NCBI GenBank assembly: GCA_043787975.1
Contig: JAYVUK010000001.1
Location: 38,347 to 102,346, forward strand
Source of the DNA: Bacteroidota bacterium
GTDB lineage: Bacteria > Bacteroidota > Bacteroidia > AKYH767-A > 2013-40CM-41-45
Direction of reading: 5' to 3'
Length of the DNA stretch: 64,000 nt
The notes under the pieces are model-generated. The model searched no databases, was not told the DNA's origin, and was given only the letters and a program-made list of their open reading frames with translations. Shown piece after piece: positions 58,596 to 64,000 of the stretch (position 1 is the first letter of the stretch; each line of letters starts with the position of its first letter). The translations under genes were made by a program, and so were the position numbers.

Positions 58596-60074
58596 GTGTC
58601 ATCGACTCTCATACTCATTTGTGTTCTTGCCTATTCAGCATTGCTTTTTTTTGTTGTCTGGCTTACCAGCCGCAACGCCGACAATGAATCTTATTTCATT
58701 GGTAACCGGTCATCGCGTTGGTATGTGGTTGCCTATGGAATGATTGGCGCTTCACTTTCCGGGGTTACGTTTATGTCAGTTCCGGGCGCTGTTGCTACGA
58801 CGCAGTTTTCTTACATGCAGGTTGTGATGGGTTATTTGGTCGGTTATTCGGTGATCGCTTTGATCCTGATGCCTGTTTTTTATAAACGCAACCTGACTTC
58901 CATTTATACCTATCTTGAACAGCGTTTTGGATTTTGGTCATATAAAACAGGATCGTTCTTTTTTATTTTATCACGTGTGATCGGAGCATCATTCAGGGTC
59001 TTTATTGTCGTGAATGTGTTGCAGACGTTTGTTTTTGATCAGTGGGGAATTCCGTTTTATGTTACAGTCGGAATTTTCATCGCACTCATTCTTCTTTATA
59101 CTTACAAAGGTGGAGTAAAGACCATTGTGTGGACCGATACGTTGCAAACTACGTTCATGCTGCTTGCAGTGATATTAAGTGTGGTGATGATTTCAAAACA
59201 ACTCGGATTAAGTTTTGGAGACCTGGTGACAAAGGTGAACAACAGTGATTATTCAAAGACGATTGTTCACGATTTTTTAGCACCGAATTATTTCTGGAAA
59301 CATTTTCTTGGTGGCGCATTCATCGCGATTGCAATGACCGGACTGGATCAGGAGATGATGCAAAAAAATCTAAGTTGTAAAAATATTGGGGAAGCAAAAA
59401 AGAACATGTTCACTTTTGCGGTCGTATTGTTTTTTGTGAATTTACTTTTCCTGGTATTGGGAGCGGTACTTTGTTTTTATGCAACACAAAAAAATATTGC
59501 TATCGATCCGAAACATACCGATGATTTGTTTCCGAATGTGGCCTTACATTATCTTGGAACCATTCCGGGTTTACTGTTCGTCATCGGACTGATTTCGGCC
59601 GCTTATCCAAGTGCAGATGGTGCACTCACTGCTTTAACAACGGCTTTCTGTTTTGATTTTCTTGGAATCAACAAAAATGAAAAACTGAATGATGAGAAAC
59701 GAAAACGAATTCGTTACATAGTACATGTGAGTTTTGCCATTGTTCTTTTGCTGACAGTTACAATTTTCAGGGTTATCAATGATGATTCAGTTGTCACCAA
59801 ACTTTTCAAAGCTGCTACATATACGTACGGCCCGTTGCTGGGATTGTATGCCTTCGGATTTTTTATGAAGGCAGATGTGAAAGATAAATTTGTTCCGGTA
59901 GTATGCCTACTGTCACCTGTTATTTGCTGGATTATAAACGATAACGCACCCGGCTGGTTCAATGGCTATAAGTTTGGTTTTGAATTACTGATTTTGAACG
60001 GAGCCATTACGTTTTTAGGATTGATGCTTTTGCGTATAAAAAAAACGGCCGTTCAGCAAGTGAAAATTTCCTGA
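58596..60074 (+). CDS. Sodium:solute symporter family transporter
   Basis: YFIGNRSSRW, SGVTFMSVPG, SIYTYLEQRFG, GGVKTIVWTD, GLDQEMMQK; many TMs. Confidence 0.93.
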   Translation: MSSTLILICVLAYSALLFFVVWLTSRNADNESYFIGNRSSRWYVVAYGMIGASLSGVTFMSVPGAVATTQFSYMQVVMGYLVGYSVIALILMPVFYKRNLTSIYTYLEQRFGFWSYKTGSFFFILSRVIGASFRVFIVVNVLQTFVFDQWGIPFYVTVGIFIALILLYTYKGGVKTIVWTDTLQTTFMLLAVILSVVMISKQLGLSFGDLVTKVNNSDYSKTIVHDFLAPNYFWKHFLGGAFIAIAMTGLDQEMMQKNLSCKNIGEAKKNMFTFAVVLFFVNLLFLVLGAVLCFYATQKNIAIDPKHTDDLFPNVALHYLGTIPGLLFVIGLISAAYPSADGALTALTTAFCFDFLGINKNEKLNDEKRKRIRYIVHVSFAIVLLLTVTIFRVINDDSVVTKLFKAATYTYGPLLGLYAFGFFMKADVKDKFVPVVCLLSPVICWIINDNAPGWFNGYKFGFELLILNGAITFLGLMLLRIKKTAVQQVKIS

Positions 60075-60166
60075 ACTCCTTGTTGATAAAGATGTTTATT
60101 ACTAATGCATGAAACATCAGGCGGTTAAATCCGTTCAGGTAATTTTGCAAAATGATACCGAATAAA

Positions 60167-61129
60167 ATGAAAAAAGCATTTGCATTGCTGGTTGTATTGA
60201 TGATCATCGTGATGGAAGGATTGTTTGCTGCTCCCGTGCCTGTTGATTCCGTTGGAGTTAAACAACTGAACAATAAAAAATTTATTGAATACAAGGTGGA
60301 GGAACACGACGGATGGTACGGTATCGCCCGGAAATTCGGAGTCGGATATGCCGACATCAGGCTTGCCAATAAGGAAGTGGATGATATACTTCATATCGGC
60401 CAGATCATTCTTATTCCCGCAGGAAAAGCAAAGTTGAATGATCCGCGCAACCAGAAAAATTATATTCAGAAGGAACAGGAGGAGCCGGTTTATCATAAGA
60501 TAAAATCGAAAGAAACATTGTATTCGATTTCTAAAAAATATGAAGTATCAACGGCTGATCTGAAAAAATGGAATCATCTTCAGTCGAACGACCTGAAAAA
60601 TGGTGAACAGTTTATTATCGGTTACAAGAAGACAAAGGTTAAAATGAAGGCTGAACAGGTATTGGCGGAAGAGAAGAAGGCGGTACCGGCTGAAAAAAAA
60701 GAAGTCATCGAAAAGGAAACTCCTTTGTTTGGAGCAGAAAATAAAAAAGGAATTAAAGCCGATACAGCAGGTTTAAAGTCAACGGCTGAGAATAAGACAA
60801 ATGCAGAGACGCTAACAATAAAAAAATCGTTTGTGGCGCTAAGCAGGAAAGAGGTTTCTGAACAGGGTGTTGCAACCTGGATTGATGATGAGAATATAAA
60901 TCCTAATAAATATTTTGCGTTGCATAGAACTGCACCTGTTGGTACCATCATCAAAGTGACAAACAGGATGAACAAGAGAGCCGTTTTTGTAAAGGTTGTC
61001 GGAAAACTTCCTGACACCGGCGACAATGACAACACTGTTATCAAAGTTTCCAAAGCATCCGCGGAAAAACTTGGAGTACGTGATCAGCGGTTTCAGTCGG
61101 AGCTGACGTATGGGATTAATGAGAAATAA
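60167..61129 (+). CDS. LysM x2 + RlpA-like double-psi beta-barrel protein
   Basis: YKVEEHDGWYGIARKF and HKIKSKETLYSISKKY LysM repeats; ALHRTAPVGTIIKVTN..VFVKV..KVSKASAEKLG. Confidence 0.85.
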   Translation: MKKAFALLVVLMIIVMEGLFAAPVPVDSVGVKQLNNKKFIEYKVEEHDGWYGIARKFGVGYADIRLANKEVDDILHIGQIILIPAGKAKLNDPRNQKNYIQKEQEEPVYHKIKSKETLYSISKKYEVSTADLKKWNHLQSNDLKNGEQFIIGYKKTKVKMKAEQVLAEEKKAVPAEKKEVIEKETPLFGAENKKGIKADTAGLKSTAENKTNAETLTIKKSFVALSRKEVSEQGVATWIDDENINPNKYFALHRTAPVGTIIKVTNRMNKRAVFVKVVGKLPDTGDNDNTVIKVSKASAEKLGVRDQRFQSELTYGINEK

Positions 61130-61132
61130 AAT

Positions 61133-61187
61133 TGTTTACGGTTTACAGTTCACAGTTGCAGCCAGTTGTAAACTGGAAACAGTAAAC
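61133..61187. repeat. Heptamer tandem repeat with inverted arm (GGTTTAC family)
   Basis: TGTTTAC GGTTTAC AGTTCAC ... GTAAACT GGAAACA GTAAAC between convergent genes. Confidence 0.72.
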
Positions 61188-61188
61188 G

Positions 61189-61839
61189 CTATACTAACTT
61201 TTTCAGTTCACCGCTTTCAACAATCGTTTTATCAGAACCGTTTTTAACAATGTGCAACATTGCTTTCGCTAACTCCTCTGAGGTGATAACCATCGATGGA
61301 ATTACAACTTTCAAAAAGGGATACAATCGAAAAAATAGTTTTTCGTACCACGGCGCACTCTTCTTAATGTGTTCAGGCTTTATCCCGGCTGGTCGGGCGA
61401 TGTAAATTTTTTTAAACGCAAGATCCAACAAGGCGTTTTCAGTTTCTCCTTTTACACGCGCAAAAAGAGTTCTGCTTTTTTCCTTTGAATCAGCGCCTGA
61501 TCCACTCAGAAATAAAAATGAAATGAACGGATTTGCTTTTAGCATGGCAGTGGCTCCCGCCACTGTATAATCGTACGTGATCACGTGATATTCTTCTTTG
61601 CTCACCAACGTTTGTGAGATTCCAAGACACCAGATGCAAGCGTCACTATTCCTGAAAATATTTTCTAAAGCAGAATAGGCTAAAAAATTTTCATGAAAGA
61701 CTGTTGTTAATTTTGGATGTGAAAAGTCAATGTTGTTTCTCACAATAGCAGTGATGTGTGTGATCTCAGGATCAGCGATGGCCAGTTTCAACACTTCTGA
61801 GCCAACCATTCCGGTTGCTCCGGTAAGAATGATTTTCAT
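61189..61839 (-). CDS. NAD(P)-binding epimerase-like protein
   Basis: ILTGATGMVG Rossmann motif, ACIWCLG, ARVKGETEN, RPAGI. Confidence 0.88.
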   Translation of the reverse strand: MKIILTGATGMVGSEVLKLAIADPEITHITAIVRNNIDFSHPKLTTVFHENFLAYSALENIFRNSDACIWCLGISQTLVSKEEYHVITYDYTVAGATAMLKANPFISFLFLSGSGADSKEKSRTLFARVKGETENALLDLAFKKIYIARPAGIKPEHIKKSAPWYEKLFFRLYPFLKVVIPSMVITSEELAKAMLHIVKNGSDKTIVESGELKKLV

Positions 61840-61844
61840 GGTGA

Positions 61845-62648
61845 TTAATTATTCTTCTGTGGAAATTTTTCCTGTATGACTTCAAGGAATTCTTTGGCAA
61901 TTTTTTCATTGGAAGCAACGATCTCTCTGCCGAAAATAAAATTATTTTTTCCTGAAAAGTCAGATACTTTTCCGCCGGCTTCCTTTACGATAATTGTTCC
62001 GGCAGCTACATCCCACGAGTTCAAGCCGTATTCATAAAAACCTTCAAACCGTCCGCAGGCAACATAAGCGAGATCAACAGCGGCAGAACCTAGCCTTCGC
62101 AAACCATGTGTGTTGTGCATGAAGTGATTGAATACGTCCATGTATTCTTTCATCCGGGAATAATTGGAATAGGGGAAACCGGTTGCAAGCAACGAGTCCT
62201 TTAATTTGCTGACTGATGAAACAGAAATTTTATTTCCATTCAGAAAAGCTCCTCCATGTTCAAATGCATAAAAACATTCATCAAGATTGACTTCGTAAAT
62301 GACACCGATCGCAAGTGTTTCTTCTTTCATCAATGCAATGCTGATGCAATAACACGGAACTCCATGAATAAAATTGGTGGTCCCATCCAGCGGATCAATG
62401 ATCCATTGGTAGGTTTTCCCTTTTAAGTTGGATGTGTTTTCTTCTGTGATGAAACCGGACTCAGGCAATAACTTGCTCAATCCATCGACTAACTTTTGTT
62501 CAGCTGTTTTGTCAACATACGATACTAGATCGTTTGTGCCTTTGTATTCAATAGAAGCCTGTGAAAAAGTTTTCCGTTCGGTGCGAATAAATTCACCGAC
62601 TTGTTTTGCCAATTCGCAAACACTGTTACAAAGAGATTGAAGTTCCAT
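61845..62648 (-). CDS. suhB: Inositol monophosphatase family protein
   Basis: WIIDPLDGTTNF, RRLGSAAVDL, WDVAAG. Confidence 0.92.
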   Translation of the reverse strand: MELQSLCNSVCELAKQVGEFIRTERKTFSQASIEYKGTNDLVSYVDKTAEQKLVDGLSKLLPESGFITEENTSNLKGKTYQWIIDPLDGTTNFIHGVPCYCISIALMKEETLAIGVIYEVNLDECFYAFEHGGAFLNGNKISVSSVSKLKDSLLATGFPYSNYSRMKEYMDVFNHFMHNTHGLRRLGSAAVDLAYVACGRFEGFYEYGLNSWDVAAGTIIVKEAGGKVSDFSGKNNFIFGREIVASNEKIAKEFLEVIQEKFPQKNN

Positions 62649-62657
62649 ATTGATTTT

Positions 62658-63209
62658 TCAATTAGCAGTATTGGAAAATATATCCTTGTTCCACTCGACC
62701 GGATTGTTTATGATATAATTAGAGATGTGATAATATTCTTCCGTGGAACGAATGATATGATCGTGAAATCGCGCTTGCCATTCGAACACTATTTTATTTT
62801 TCCTGGCATAGGTGGTTATGGCCGATTTATAACCTCGAATAATGGATGCGATATTTTTTGATTGTGGCCCGAATTTGTTTGTAGAGACGCCATGCATGGC
62901 GTCTCTACGGGTTACGTTGAATTTATTTTCTCCAATCATAATAATTCCATGAAAATGATTCGGCATCACAACACATTCACCCAATTCCAAATTCATATCC
63001 GGACGTAAATCAATGGTTTTCATCCACTGGATTTCTGCAATTTTCCCCAATTCTGATAATTGTATTTTTCCGTTATCCGTAATTTCTCCAAAATAATTTT
63101 CACGGTTTAAGGTACATATCGTAATGAAATACATTCCTTCATTTGAATAATTCCATGTTTGTAACCGGGCGGAAGGAATTCTATATTTATTTTGAAATAG
63201 AGATGACAT
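62658..63209 (-). mobile_element. REP-associated tyrosine transposase (RAYT/TnpA-REP, Y1 HUH)
   Basis: YFITICT, HUH motif VMPNHFHGII, WQARFHDHIIR, catalytic Tyr YIINNPVEW. Confidence 0.9.
62881..62908. repeat. Perfect 28-bp REP-like palindrome inside the RAYT CDS
   Basis: GTAGAGACGCCATGCATGGCGTCTCTAC equals its own reverse complement and starts with GTAG. Confidence 0.9.
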
Positions 63210-63227
63210 TTTCGGATCCAAAATATT

Positions 63228-63998
63228 TTAAGCAGAATATTTTTTCTTCCTGAAATAAAAAATACCAAAAACACCGAGCAGAATGAGGCAGGAAGAAATG
63301 AGTTGTGCCTGCGTAAACGCAAATCCATTCACATGGTATTTTGTATTGACGCGAATCAGTTCAACGAAGAAACGCTCGATACCATTCAGCAACAAATACA
63401 CAGAGAACATCATTCCCGGAACGGTGAATTTTTTTCTCATGCTCCAGAGAAAAAAGAAAAACGCAATGCAAACGATGCTTTCATAAAGTGGAGTAGGAAA
63501 GACGGGTTGATCCAGCATGAAACAATGTTTTCCGACACAATCCGGAATCGGAATTCCTTCACTAACTACATTGTGCGGATAACGATAACTCCAGAACCAG
63601 TCCGGCAGAAAGCTCATCCAACCAGGCTTAGGAGCATTGTTTACAATTCCCCAATCTCCGTCACCTGCAACCTGGCAACCGATTCTTCCAAAACCATATG
63701 CCAGCATTAAACCCGGAGCGTTTCCATCGCAATTGTGCAAGGGAGCAATTCCATTTTTTTTGCCATACCAGATCAGCGCAGCTCCACCGACTATCAAACC
63801 TCCATACATCGTCAAACCGCTGAATGAAAGTAATGCATCAACCGGATCTTTCGCAAAATCATCCAGGTTCTCCAGGTTGTGAAAAATTTTTGCTCCGAGC
63901 AAACCTGCAACGGCAGCCAACATGGTTATGTTACCGACCAATTGATACGGATGAATTGTTTCTTCCACCCATTCCGGTTTTTCCTTTTTTGTTTTTTC
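63228..63998 (-). CDS. lgt: Prolipoprotein diacylglyceryl transferase (5'-truncated by window edge)
   Basis: GLLGAKIFH, GLTMYGGL, GRIGCQVAGDGDWG, PTPLYE, ERFFVELIR; frame stays open to the window end. Confidence 0.9.
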   Translation of the reverse strand, partial: EKTKKEKPEWVEETIHPYQLVGNITMLAAVAGLLGAKIFHNLENLDDFAKDPVDALLSFSGLTMYGGLIVGGAALIWYGKKNGIAPLHNCDGNAPGLMLAYGFGRIGCQVAGDGDWGIVNNAPKPGWMSFLPDWFWSYRYPHNVVSEGIPIPDCVGKHCFMLDQPVFPTPLYESIVCIAFFFFLWSMRKKFTVPGMMFSVYLLLNGIERFFVELIRVNTKYHVNGFAFTQAQLISSCLILLGVFGIFYFRKKKYSA

Positions 63999-64000
63999 TT

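Noticed and set aside
49638-61187. Short repeat tracts as a CRISPR array
   Set aside because: Units are 7-8 bp without unique spacers, and no cas genes are present.
1-64000. tRNA, rRNA, prophage or integrase
   Set aside because: No such signatures recognised by eye; intergenic gaps are short and mostly explained. A covariance-model scan was not possible.

Overview
AT-rich, gene-dense chromosomal window from a Bacteroidota bacterium. The assignment rests on many T9SS type A/B C-terminal sorting domains, TAnnTTTG -7 promoter elements and a Bacteroidota-type gene set. About 57 CDS are supportable. Housekeeping genes include a 5'-truncated tandem-duplicated D-Ala-D-Ala ligase, PASTA protein, mlaEFD, rluD, mqnE, bshC, mltG, PGM/PMM, a 2-oxo acid dehydrogenase E2, recR, suhB and a truncated lgt. 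These are interleaved with secreted T9SS cargo and small accessory insertions. No rRNA, tRNA, CRISPR array, prophage or reverse transcriptase was seen. Most notable: (1) a tightly coupled six-gene operon (8-repeat T9SS cargo, lipoprotein, periplasmic hairpin-repeat protein, VTC-type polyphosphate-polymerase domain, DUF4956 membrane protein, DUF2490 outer-membrane barrel) that could be an uncharacterised trans-envelope polyphosphate system; (2) a double-module Ddl whose two active sites diverged in different specificity residues; (3) 7-/8-mer short tandem repeat tracts, often as inverted arms, at about nine gene junctions, including arms flanking a four-helix-bundle gene; (4) a REP-associated tyrosine transposase with a perfect 28-bp GTAG-palindrome inside its own CDS, plus a nested three-layer palindromic element elsewhere; (5) duplicated small Ala-rich lipoproteins dense in O-glycosylation sequons, an unannotated 46-aa membrane sORF and a frameshifted small gene. 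All family calls come from motif recognition by eye; no database searches were run.
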